Source: Macrostomum lignano
Lineage: Eukaryota
Direction of reading: 5' to 3'
Assembly: GCA_002269645.1 (NCBI GenBank)
Contig: NIVC01001204.1
Span: forward strand, 1-64,000
Length of the DNA stretch: 64,000 nucleotides
Shown here piece after piece: positions 1 through 11,260 of this stretch. Position 1 is the stretch's first letter. Each line of letters opens with the position of its first letter. Position numbers and translations under genes: made by a program. The notes beneath the pieces were generated by a model. It was not told the DNA's origin. It worked only from the letters and a program-made list of their open reading frames with translations, and ran no database searches.

Positions 1-17
1 GAAAGCTAAGAAAAATA

Positions 18-1430
18 TTGATCAGTCAAAGAAACTATCGACGACATACAGGAAACCCAAGTGCAAAAGGTTTGGGCAAAATTCCAGAAGCACCACAGAT
101 ACAGCCGCAACCACAACAACCACAACCACATCAATCACAACTAAAAGTGACAGATAACATTTTTGGACCAGTAGAGCGTGTCGAACATGATGGGAAATAT
201 GTATTTGGAATAAGTATGTGGAGAAAAAACATTTATAATGAACCAGTGGAATATTATATCGACATAAATAAGAAACATATTTCTGTTGTCAAAGCTCGGA
301 AACTAAGAGCATTCCTTTCACAGAAACCTTACTGATTTATGACCAAGAACCAAGAGAGAATCTCGGACAAACAGCTAAAGAACTATAGAGATCTAGTGAC
401 TTTTTTCTCTTGCTAGAGATATAGAAATACTAAAGGCCCAGAAGTCTGAACTTATGTATGATAACGGTGTCACCTGACTAATTCAAAAAGTACAATCACT
501 TTAAACAATGGTTCGATTTGCCAGATCAGGCGGAAGTCATAAAATATCTAGAACAACAACACAACAGCAACACAACACAACCACAGCAGCAGCAACATTT
601 ACAGAAGTACAGGCAACTGAAAATGCAGATCCGACTCAAGTAGCTGAATATAAGAAACAAAACCCAACAGATTGGCAACACTTAGAACAACACTCTCCAG
701 ATCGAATGAAACAGAATCAAGCAAAGAGTTTTCACACCTCAACAAAGACAGGCACCACATGACAGTTCCATCTCTGAAAGTGAGTAGTCTTTTGCATCAC
801 CTCCCCAGCAGCCACAAGCCCAACCAACTCCACAACCTCAAGACCAACCGCCCTCAACTGGAAAAGGAATAGCTGAAATCTACAAGCGAGTAGCGTTCTT
901 CTAGGAGCAGCAAAGACCGGAATGAAAGATGAAAATAGAAAAGAATTTGTCAACATCCTGGACAAAATGCTTGAGAGAAAATACATCGATAAGAGGGCGA
1001 GAGAGCTTCTGCTTTCGCGGTTCAACAAAAAATAATTTATTTCAAGTAAAAATGCCGATTATTTTTGAGAAACATGACAAATACTATGACAAAGAGGAAC
1101 TTAATCTCATTAAACGCGGATCTGGACTTTTCCCTGCAGGCCACTATCCAAGAAAAAGAACGCTCTGGGAATCGGCCTTGCCGATTTGATCGCTCAGGGG
1201 GCCAAGATTTTTAAGGTCATTGGAGAGAACAAAGAGAACATCAAGAACGTTGCCGAAGCGGCTGGCAGTGTAGCCACAGCAGCCAAAAAGATAAAGGATA
1301 CTGTAACACCTAAACAAGAGATTCAACCTCCACTGGCCCCGCTGGCCCCAAACCAGACAGTGTGGACCCTGCAGTCTATGAGAAGATGAGAGCTAGCATT
1401 AAAAAAGGAAGTGGTTTCAAATTTGACTAA
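18..1430 (+). CDS. Frameshifted Polinton ORF(s), probable core/structural protein(s)
   Basis: Chain of same-strand ORF fragments (18-335, 508-762, about 900-1189, 1186-1389). The chain ends IKKGSGFKFD* at 1430 and contains LGAAKTGMKDENRKEFVNILDKMLERKYI and KRGSG. True gene boundaries are unresolved. Confidence 0.45.
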
Positions 1431-1476
1431 AGGTACTTTCCAGGGTACAAGAAATGTAAAGGTACAAGACTAGTCT

Positions 1477-1639
1477 CAAAATGACACATCTAAGTCCCAA
1501 AATGACACATTAAGTCCCAAAATGACACAATTAAGTCCAAAATGACACATCTAAGTCCCAAAATGACACATCTAAGTCCCAAAATGACACATCTAAGTCC
1601 CAAAATGACACATCTAAGTCCCGAAATGACACATCTAAA
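1477..1639. repeat. 21-bp tandem repeat (caaaatgacacatctaagtcc), about 8 copies, between Polinton ORFs
   Basis: Directly visible. Confidence 0.95.
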
Positions 1640-1677
1640 TTATTTATTATTTAATTATTTTTTTCATCATAGAAAAA

Positions 1678-2476
1678 ATGGACTTTTCAAACGACTTCAA
1701 TCCTCACTGGACGCGTAATCAGATTAAGTTTTCTCATCATGAGTCAATCCGAGTCACTTCAGATGCATTGTTGTTGGTTCATCAGGTTCAGGTAAAACAT
1801 TCAGAGTCTTTAACATGCTTCTTAGACCTGGCTTTATCGACTATGACACTCTGCACATCTACTCTCCCACACTGTATCAAGATGAGTATAGAATGCTGAT
1901 TGCAGGGCTTCAAACAAGCTGAACAAAGAGGACATTATTGCATGTTTTAATAACCAAATGAGCCTTCCCAGTAACCCTGAAATTGTAGCTGCCGAATATG
2001 CAAAGCACCTCAAAGACAATGAAAAATGGCAGAACATTAAAGTGTTCACCTATGGAGATCCACAGGCTGATCCAAAGACCAAACTTCTACCCCAACCAGA
2101 TGAGCTAGAAAAGGGGAGAAAGCATTTGATCGTCTTTGATGATTGTATGACAGGCCCACAGAAGCAGATAGAAAACTATTTTACAAGAGGGCGACATAAC
2201 AATTGCAATGTAATTTACATTGCACAGAATTGGTTCGAGCTCCCGAACAAAACAATTCGCGGGAACTGCAATCTGATTCTCCTGTTTCCAACCATTCCAC
2301 AGGACAGGTTAAAAAGATTTTACAATGAGGTCATTGCGCCTGCCTATTTCATAAATCCAACAAAAAACTCAAGCAGAAAGATTTCACAAGAGGAATTCGT
2401 TAATCTTTGCTATGACAAGTGGAATCAGCCTTACCAGTTTGTGATTATCAGCAAAGAAAAAAGAACTGTAATTTAA
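1678..2476 (+). CDS. A32/FtsK-like DNA packaging ATPase (two -1 frameshifts)
   Basis: Walker A CIVVGSSGSGKT lies at 1776-1799 in a shifted frame. Walker B HLIVFDD and the motifs FTRGRHNNCNVIYIAQ and IRGNCN are in ORF 1958-2476. Adding one base near 1750 and one near 1915 restores the frame. Confidence 0.9.
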
Positions 2477-2492
2477 AATTTGCTATTAAAAG

Positions 2493-3228
2493 ATGTCGAT
2501 AAACTTTGCAGGTGAATCCATTTCTGGCAACAGCGCTCTTACATCAGCTCAGATATCCATCCTTGACAGGCGATATATCAACAGCGACGAAAAGATCCCA
2601 GAGATCAAACTGAATAAAAACAGACTGAAAGCCTAGAGCGCTCCATGCACCAGTTGCAAATAAACATGGAAGATCTCAGGCTTAAAGTAGCTAGGCAGAA
2701 GTTTGAAAGTGATAAGCTTTATGTGCCGTTGTTAAACGCAAACTAATGAACTTAGGTCAGAAATAACTTCGATAGTCTCGCTAATCAACGGCTTGAGATC
2801 ATCAGTTAATCTTCTGGGAAATTCCACTGATAGACGGATGCGTATTCTTGAAGGAGAAGTTTTCACAAACACAGCTAAAGTAAATAATTTAGAAGAGTTC
2901 ATGACTCAGTCAACATCGTTGCATGATCGAATCAAAAGAAAGACTTGAAGCATTAAAGAGAAAGGATGTATCACACAGTAGCTATCTAAACGGAATGTAT
3001 AGCTCTTGGGGTAAAATAATAAGGAGGCTTGATCGTCTGGAGAGAACACTCAATCTTCGTGATATTGCTATTGATGAAGCAGAATCTGCTGCTCGTCCGG
3101 TCATGTCTACAGATCGAGTAGAAGGAGCTCTGGACCCCGCCGGAGTAATCCGGCACGCTCTCAAACGTCAGCCGCCCAGCCGCTGCCTGCTGGACTCGCG
3201 ATCCTCCGGCGTCACGAGAGCCGCCTAG
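2493..3228 (+). CDS. Fragmented Polinton ORF, coiled-coil-like, function unknown
   Basis: ATG 2493 (MSINFAGES…) followed by broken helical or charged frames up to ORF 2923-3228. Confidence 0.35.
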
Positions 3229-3320
3229 ACAACCGGCGGTGCAGATGGAATTATCAAAAAGAAAACAGATCTTTCAACCGGATAGTTTTATAATTTTTTT
3301 CTTTTTTTCTAGAGAAAAAA

Positions 3321-4056
3321 ATGGCCCAACAAAATTCTCTATACGATCAGTCTCATACGTTGAACCTAAAATACCGACAGCACCAAACTCAATGGCACCG
3401 AATTCGAACACACAAAACCTGGCACCGAATCTGAATGCACCTCAATATGAGCAACAAAAACTCTACCCCGTCATTACTTGTAACTCTCAGCAGTTTCGAC
3501 TAGTGGAGATTCAAAAAATGCGCGATGATCTTGAAAAAAATATTTTCCACAACACAAAGAAAATTAAGCGCTATGACAACCACTGTAAATTTTTCGACTA
3601 CAGCAATATGATTCTAGGATCTGTGTCTGTTCTATCTGGATCTGCTGCGCTGTCTCAACGTTGCCAGTCATCACAGCCCCAATCGCAATCCCGCTCGGCT
3701 CTGTGGGTGCTGCATGTGGACTTATTTCAGCAATTACTGGAGCATTAGCGCGAAACAGGCGAAAAAAACTAAAGCAGCTACAGGAGAAGCAAGTAAAAGA
3801 GAAAGGGGTGCACACTTCAATCATAGGGTACATTTCAAGGGCAATCGAGGATAAGTTCATTTCAGAGGATGAGTTCAAAACCATTCAGGATCTTTATGAA
3901 CAATCAATTCGAATGAACTTGAACATGGTCGGTACTGATGACATGAGTCAGCTGAAAATGAACTCGAGAAAGTTCTTCAACATTATGTGGAAAGAAGGAC
4001 AACGAGAAGTACAACGAGGAATGCACAATGAACCCTATGAAACACAGCAAGAATAA
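3321..4056 (+). CDS. Conserved Polinton membrane-active protein (two hydrophobic helices; 'GasderminX'-like)
   Basis: FRLVEIQKMRDDLEK…hydrophobic hairpin (ILGSVSVLSGSAAL / PVITAPIAIPLGSVGAACGLISAITG)…ISRAIEDKFISEDEFKTI. -1 shifts near 3362 and 3655. The family name is recalled, not searched. Confidence 0.6.
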
Positions 4057-4487
4057 TTTCCTTGTAGGTCTTTCGTGTTTTGGTCATTGCATACAAAACA
4101 GTCATGCACAGCTCACCGCAAATATCACTGCTAAGACCTTGAGAATAAAGTCTGAGCGATAAATTTTTTTATTATTTTTCCCTTCATATAATTTCTTAGC
4201 TCTTCTGGTACTGCCGTCCCATAGCTATCGAAGTAATAACACTTGTGCTTGCGATCGGGATCAATCACCCAGCAAACCCAATGAGATCCTGGCTTATCGG
4301 TGGTGTCAAAGTTCATGATGCCGCATTCCTTTCTTAGAGGAAAATCAGGCAGAGTGTCCCTCATAAATATTCCTCTAAAGTTTGGGATTTCCAGTTCGTT
4401 AGCCAAATCTTCAAGAAAGTTATTTGTCGTCATTTTTATGTCATTTTTTATGAGGTTTATTAAACTTTCTCTCAAACCTAAACCCAA
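4040..4487 (-). CDS. Adenain-like (C5) maturation cysteine protease, frameshifted near the C-terminus
   Basis: GSHWVC (His) and YYFDSYG (Asp). In the shifted frame, LQGLSSDICGELC supplies the Gln and Cys. Probable ATG at 4433; the 3' boundary is approximate. Confidence 0.88.
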
Positions 4488-4497
4488 TATCCACCTC

Positions 4498-7400
4498 CTA
4501 AACCCAACCTCCTAAGCCTAATCTCCAATGCCCGAACGATAGACTGTTGATATTGTCATCAAAAATGAATCTCTTGTTATCTGCACCTGACAGTCCAATC
4601 TTCTTTTGCTGAATTGTGTGAATAATATGGTTTTTAGATTGTAGCTTTGAGAACTCATGTGATGTCTTTTTGTTGCAATTCAAGGCGTCTCTGTATTCAG
4701 CTTCATTAATTTCCTTCCTAACACGCGTTTCGGAATTCCCTTTGATTTTTTAATTGGGTCTGACGACTCACATTTTACAAAATAGGACTTTGCTCTCAAC
4801 CCAATGAATTCAGTGATTATGTCACCAGCAATCTCGTCCTTCATTTTCCCAATCACTTTCTTGTTAGTGGCGTCAAACACTTGATCGCCATTCTGTGTCC
4901 TGCAAGATTCATCATACTCAGACAAGTCAAACAAATCTTTTTGCTGCAGCATGTCCTGATAAATGTCTTCTGTTTGAATGTCCATAATAAAACTGTCTGT
5001 GTCAGTGTACAAGAGTTTCATTTTATCCTTGTACTGCTGCTTCATGCCATAGAAGAATGGTACATCAGACGTTTTGATTCGTCGAGAACAGTGACACCTG
5101 TATAGATCGGCTTGCGCAGCGTCACCTTGGTTTTGTAAAATATGATCACACCTAAGTAGCTATTAAAGATATGGAGTTCTTTGAATGTTGGCTTTGACAT
5201 ATTTGCCTGAATAACAGCAGGCTCTGATGAGGTAACAAGTTTCAGGTTTGTTCTTTTCCGCTCATTCTCAAGAGTCTTGCCATAGACAGAGTTGTTGGCC
5301 AACTTAAAGAGGTTCTTGTCAAAGTCGTTGGTTGCTTTGGTCCTAAACTGGGTGTTCTTATCAATGTAGGGTTTCATCCACGCTTCCTCTGTAAATGTAA
5401 GAGCCCTGTGAACTTTGGTGACCCTGCAACCAAGTGAGATAAAATACTGAAGCAGTTTGTAATGGATTTTGTAACGTGTCTTGTTGTTTAGATTCTGTGT
5501 TAGTTTCTCTGTATGTTCTTTTTCTGTTCCTGACAGGTGCCAAGTTCCATTATTATCATTGGGAGTTTCGATTATTTTCGGGCACTTGATGTTCTCTGGG
5601 AAGGGTGGAAAGTCAGAGAAATAGTCGTGAAGCTCTGGTGGAATGTAAACATCAACCTCATAAATGGCAGCCAATGAAAAGTCCCACTTTAGTTCTGATG
5701 AGGGTAGCCATCGAAAATCTCTAACTGGAAGATCTTGACTCATCGCCCACCCGTAGAGATTATTAGCGTCCAAGTAAGTAATGTAGTTTGAGGGCTGCTC
5801 CTTATTGTAAGATTCAATGTAGGGATTGTTTGCTTTTGCATACCTGTTAACGCAAATTGAGATCCCCCTCGCTTTGACGATTCGACAAAATTGTACATGT
5901 CAATGTCTGTAAGAAGTTCAATGTACCAATCTGGATCTTGATCCCATTTCATTTTAAGCAAAGATTCCCAGCTAGTGGCAGGCAGAGACACATAATGTGC
6001 TGGATCGAGGCCATATGCTGTGTACCAGGTGTATCTGAAGGTTTCAAACACATCGGCCAGCAGAAACACATCTGTGAAGAGGTAAAGCAGGTGATACTGG
6101 AAGAAGTTTTGACAATTAAAGTAATTATAGACATGCTTCGCGTGCTCATAGTCTTTGTCAGAGATTCCAGAGTCTGTTAGCTTTGAAAAGAACTTCTCCT
6201 GTGGTGGTAAACCTTCTTCAAATACGTGATACCCAGTAATATTTTCATAGGGGTAGAAGCCTTTGGTTCTCAGGAGTTTAAATGATTCATCACTGTTGTT
6301 AATTTTACTTGCAAACATCTTTGTATATGTACATTGTTCATCTTTTAGATTCTTGCTTAGTTCGTCTAGACTGGCAGCTAGAAATTGATATGAATCCTTC
6401 AGTCTTATTTTACCTTCACTCGAACCGATACCTTTACATGAATTATCCTGTTTAACATCAACACACTTAAACTTCTCCTTGTTCTTTGCGATGCAATCAA
6501 GGTGTATGTCTGGAATCATGCCGATTTTTTCAACTATTAAATGCATGTCATAGTTCTTTGCGTTGTGACAAAATATCGTTAGATCATGAATGTTCGATTT
6601 TAGCTTTAGATTACAGGTGTTATGCGCTGCACCTCTAAATTTCCCAGTAAAGTGGCAGTGGTCCCTAACGGTGGGGTTTTTAATATTAGTGCAAGTTAAC
6701 TGTTTCCTGCAGATGTGGCAATGAGTTGCTGATAGGAAATTGCTTTCATCCTCCTCAGTCATCATTATTGGAACAGGTTGAAGGGTGCTAATCACTTTTT
6801 GCAACTCTAACATTCTGGCAATAAACTGCTCCACACACTGCTCTCCAAAGAAATAATTATACTCAACAAGTCCTTTTGTATTAATAAAGGCATATGCTAC
6901 TGAATTGGGGACATGTTTTTGAGTTTGAGTTTGTTTTTGTGTTTCCGGCACGATTGAGCATTCGAAATCAGCATATACAACAAATGGGAGCTTCTCCATC
7001 TTGTGATAGTTCTTAAACCGGAGATACTTCTCTTCAGCTGAAGGAAGAGAGCAGTTTGTTGGGTGATCCTCGCATGATAGTTCATGCTCTGCTAGTTTTT
7101 CAAAGCGCTCAGGTCCACTGTAATGCTTAAGGCACAAGCGGCAGATGGCAACAGCCTCGTGATGATTATTCAACTGCTTGTGAATGAGTCTTGAAAGATC
7201 TTTAATCCAAACATAGTGAGCCTCCTCTAGTAAATTACCAATCACTAGAAGATCCACTTCAGTCCGCCTTTTCCCCTCAGGATCTAAAACGTCTTTGCTA
7301 CATCTGACCGGTTGAACTTTCTCAGTTTTTTCACTCCACTCAAAGACTGTGATTCTAATTTTGTTATTAAACACTTCTTCTAGCTTTGGGATCTGAGAGA

Positions 7401-8342
7401 TCGCCAAGCCTCCTTTGTCAAACCTGATTCCCTTCTTTTCGCATTCGATGAGATAGTAGTTGAAATAATTTTGATAATTTGAGGTTCTTTCGGGGTGGTG
7501 AGGTACACTAAAAAGTGCAGAAAGAACTGCCCATAGAGCACAGCAATTGTCTTTATTTTTAACATTTATGCAAGCTTTTTTGCCGGCTAGCTTGTGTGGG
7601 AGCTCTATATAAGAGGAGGCTTTAAGTGGGTCATATTTCATGACCATGACAGTCGCTCTTTGAATCCCTCCACGACCCATCCGGAACCTCTGGATGTAAA
7701 CGCTTCAATTTTCTTATTGACATCTTGAAGGAAAGGATCCAGTGTGTCTGTTGGGGTGAATGGCTTTGCCTTTGTTGTCATGTAATACTCGAGATGCTCA
7801 GTGGGTTTCGCAGGCATATAAAACGCAATCTTGAATGATATCTGTAGTTTAAAGGTCTTGCGTGTTTTGAGTGTGTGATCAACAACTGATTGGATGCTGT
7901 CTTTATAGTCGTAGATGTTTGCGGTGGTATCCTTAATTGGGATTGTGTACTCTATGTAATGTTCTGTAAACTTCCTCTGTGCAAACTTAATCTCTTCAAT
8001 GGCAAGCTCCGACTCTTTTAAATGGATTAATTGCTCTAATTTCTCTTGTTCCTGCTTATTTTGTGGGTACTTTGCTTTTTCACCAGTGAGAGTTTCGTAT
8101 TTGTTAACTAAGTTGCGACTCCTCTCTTGGTGTTCCTTTGCAGGACTTTTTATAGGCGCATACTGGTTGGATTCTAATTGTTTGATGATTTCCGACTGTT
8201 TTTCATAGCTTCCCAGGTGACCAGGGTCGGTGTTGAACTTTTGTTTGCATGCTTCTCTTAGTGAATTACTTTTGTCTTGAAATGAGACGCCTTTTGAAAA
8301 ATATTTGTTGACTAAATCTTTTGCTGGATTGGCTTTTGGCAT
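4498..8342 (-). CDS. pPolB: Protein-primed family B DNA polymerase with EndoVII-like insert; four frameshifts
   Basis: Exonuclease motifs YADFE, HNAKNYD and YLFTDV. Insert CHIC…DHCHFTGKFRGAAHNTCNL. Polymerase motifs LDANNLYG, KLANNSVYGK, YTDTDS, KKVIGKMKDE and KSKGI are spread over 5 consecutive ORFs. Confidence 0.96.
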
Positions 8343-8484
8343 TTTTTCTCTAAAATAAAAAAAATTTTTTGAGGGTGACCACCCTGATAGAAAAGTTGAA
8401 CTGTTTCTACATCCTATAAGTAGCGCTAGGTTTATGAAGCTGGATAAAGTGGGGTTTTAAACCTCATCACATCCGCATTCACAT

Positions 8485-8948
8485 TCACATCCGCATTATT
8501 GTAAACCCAGCATTGTGCAGTGTCATGATGGCTTTGACAATGTCAGACTTGCTTACAGAATTTTCATGCTCACAATCATCACAATCATCACGATCATCAA
8601 AATCCGGGCAGCCCTCTCCTGCCTTAATTGTTATACCTTTGTCTCTTGCAATCTTTTGCAATTCTAGCTGGTGGGCTCTATCATTCCCAGCTTTAACAGC
8701 AGTTGCTACACCTCCAGCTACACCACCTGCGGCACTTACAGCGCCTGCAATAATTGGATAAGAGCTGCTAATGGTAGGATTCCTCCTGACTTTTCATCTG
8801 TGATGCTGTGTCTTTGTTCATTACATTGAACTATTTGCTGCACGGGATCGACTTTTACTTTGGCACCTTTTATTGATATAAGACCTGGTCTCTTTGATTC
8901 AATGATTTTATTGAGTTTATTGATGGTTCTGGTTTCAATCTTTGCCAT
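8485..8948 (-). CDS. Adenovirus pX-like small core/membrane protein (one -1 frameshift near 8757)
   Basis: Reconstructed sequence: …EKSGGILPLAALIPIIAGAVSAAGGVAGGVATAVKAG…KAGEGCPDFDDRDDCDDCEHEN…MRM*. It resembles the adenovirus pX GG-ILPxLIPxIAAAIG segment. Confidence 0.65.
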
Positions 8949-8965
8949 TTTTTTATTTTAATATT

Positions 8966-9987
8966 TTAATTAATTTCTGTGTCAGCTGGTATCACTAGGA
9001 GTTCAGCTCTAGTGAATGACCGCGTGGGGGATTTAGGGTTAAAGGCTTGAGATAAAAAGTAATACTCTCCAGAGTCGGAGGTAAAATGTCTGTCTATTTT
9101 ATGTACATCAAGGCTGAAGTATGGATCTGTAGCTCTTCTTTTAGTGTCCTTCTCTAGCTCTCCAGGTAGATATAAAAAGCGTAGAAACTCAGAGTTTGTC
9201 AGTATGTATGGTGATTCAACTCCTGGAAGCTTAGGGTAGTTCGAGGTGTGTTTTGTGTTGTGTGTGTTTTGTGGGGTTGTCGTGTTGTTGTCTGTTCTAT
9301 GAGATGCCTTAAGTTCGACAGTGTCTTGTTTAATTGCATGGGACGGTTTCAATCCAGTCATACGTGTGACTTCATTGTTCAGTTGCTCTATAACAGTGGG
9401 GGAGTCTTTCTGTCCACTTGGTATAGTACTGCCCCCGCACTCAGTTTGAGTTCTTGCGCTGTCGGCTTTGTGAATAGCCTCTTGGCTAGAGTTAGATTGA
9501 ATCTTTCCATAAAAGCCTGGTCTCTGTGCAAGTCTGTTCTGCCATAGCGAATCTTCGTATTTTTCTTTTCCATAAGGGATTTGACTGCACCCATGAATTC
9601 CTTACCCGGGTCGGTCATAAAGATTCAGTTTTTATAAATATCTTGGAGTGCGGCTGCAACAACCTCTGACTTCTTCGTCTTGAGTGGGCGAGCTTCCTTA
9701 TATCTGGAAGCAATGTCTGTAATTGTGAGAGCATACTTGTAGCCTGAGTCATTGGGGAGAAACAGAAGATCTGCTTGGTGCGCCTCGTTAGGTTTATAAA
9801 TACTGAAATGGGGCCTTTCAAATTTTACTGGTGGGAAATAGACTTGAAAGACAGCCTGCTTAGAGAGCCATTTTTCTACTGTAGCTTTTGGTTCCTTACT
9901 CAGCTCCATGAGTTTACTAACGGCATTTTTGCCTACAAAGAATCCTTTGTCGCTGTAGTAGAGTTTTTTAATTTTCTGATCTGTCAT
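8966..9987 (-). CDS. Retroviral-type (rve/c-int) integrase, disrupted
   Basis: HQADLL (D), TDPGKEF (D) and ERFNLTL (E), then NNEVTRMTGLKP. In-frame TGA at 9625-9627 and indels near 9435 and 9400. Confidence 0.92.
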
Positions 9988-10017
9988 TTATTTAAAAAGA
10001 AAATTTTAAATAAAATA

Positions 10018-10497
10018 ATGCAACGCTCTGGTGGTAAAATAGATTCACATGGACTGATAGAAAAGCTTCCTCATCCAAACAAAGGCTGGACAGTTCCCGG
10101 GTACAAATATTGCGGGCCTTTGAATCCACTTGAAATACAGCTGGATGGTAACAACAACCCAAATCCTGGGCATGAGCCTGTGAACGAGCTAGACTCTGTC
10201 TGCATGTGGCACGACGTTAAATATAGAGATTTTGCTGAGGAGAAGAATCGCTGGGACAAAGAAATGCTCAGGAGACTCGACAATATGGGGATTTCAAGCG
10301 GATTTCGTGAGTCGATTGCTAGGAAATTAGTCAAGGCGGTTATTTATAGTAAGGCAAAGTTGGGATTAGGAATGGGCGCTGAGGGTGGGTGCACGGGGAG
10401 AGAGGGCGGACGCACGGGAGCAGGGTTTATTTTGTGTGCTCCAAACAATGAATTAGGAAGACTGTTGAAAGAGCTGGGGGTTGAGAGAGGCGCTTGA
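10018..10497 (+). CDS. Parvovirus-VP1u-type phospholipase A2 (Polinton PLA2X-like)
   Basis: Ca-binding loop VPGYKYCGPLN and catalytic segment LDSVCMWHDVKY, followed by KLGLG. The ATG at 10018 is divergent from the integrase ATG 30 bp away. Confidence 0.85.
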   Translation: MQRSGGKIDSHGLIEKLPHPNKGWTVPGYKYCGPLNPLEIQLDGNNNPNPGHEPVNELDSVCMWHDVKYRDFAEEKNRWDKEMLRRLDNMGISSGFRESIARKLVKAVIYSKAKLGLGMGAEGGCTGREGGRTGAGFILCAPNNELGRLLKELGVERGA

Positions 10498-10825
10498 GTC
10501 GGGAAAGATTATTCGCAGCCAAGCGCAACAGCTGCATTTCGAAAAGGGGTGGGGTAACTGCTATTTGCTGAGGGAGCGCAGCTTTTGCGAATGTACAAGT
10601 TCCACGCGTGCTTTCCTTTCCTTTCCTTTCTTTCCTTTGTATTGCGCACGCCAAATAACGAATTAGAAAGACTGCTGAACAGTTTACATTGATAAACAAC
10701 TGAAAGACTGAAGCGACAGATTATAGTCGCTATATAGTTTATTAGTTTATTATAGTTTTTCATGTGGTAAGCAACGTGGCAACAACAGAGCATGCAGCAG
10801 AAGACAGAATGCCTATCTTAGGTAA

Positions 10826-11129
10826 ATAATAATAATAATTGATTACACCTGCCCAATGGGCAGATGTGCAACCGACAGCTCAGCCGCAGCTATTGCGCGG
10901 CGCATCTGAAGGCTGCGTGCGGCTGTTCAGTCCAAGGACTGGGGGTCGCCACACACACCCTCAATTACTCCAGCTAATGCTGGTACCCATTTTACAGCTG
11001 GGTGAACTGAAGCAATGCGGAGTAAAGTGCCTTGCTCAAAGACACAGATTGTTGCAGGGGATCGGGAATCGAACCCCAACCTTCATTTAAGTCGTGAGTC
11101 CGACGCCCTAACCACTAGGCTACAACCCC
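10826..11129 (-). mobile_element. tRNA-derived SINE
   Basis: Minus-strand head ggggttgtagcctagtggttagggcg…ggttcgattccc carries A and B boxes. Central domain is Deu/Nin-like and the tail is (ATT)n. A second, diverged copy is at 59.7-59.95 kb. Confidence 0.8.
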
Positions 11130-11260
11130 GTATGTGCAGGGTCTAAACTATGCAACAATATAAAAGGTTTCTGGGTGAGCGCCTGCTTTTTCTCCCCAGT
11201 CCCACCACACTGAACACCCCGCCCAGTTCTGCCTGTCTCTTTTTTTCTAGCCTCCGCAAC

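Noticed and set aside
4498-8342. Programmed ribosomal frameshifting in pPolB
   Set aside because: Too many shifts, no common slippery motif, and the same indel type occurs in unrelated genes.
11050-11129. tRNA gene
   Set aside because: A/B boxes run into a SINE body and tail, with no convincing cloverleaf and a second dispersed copy.
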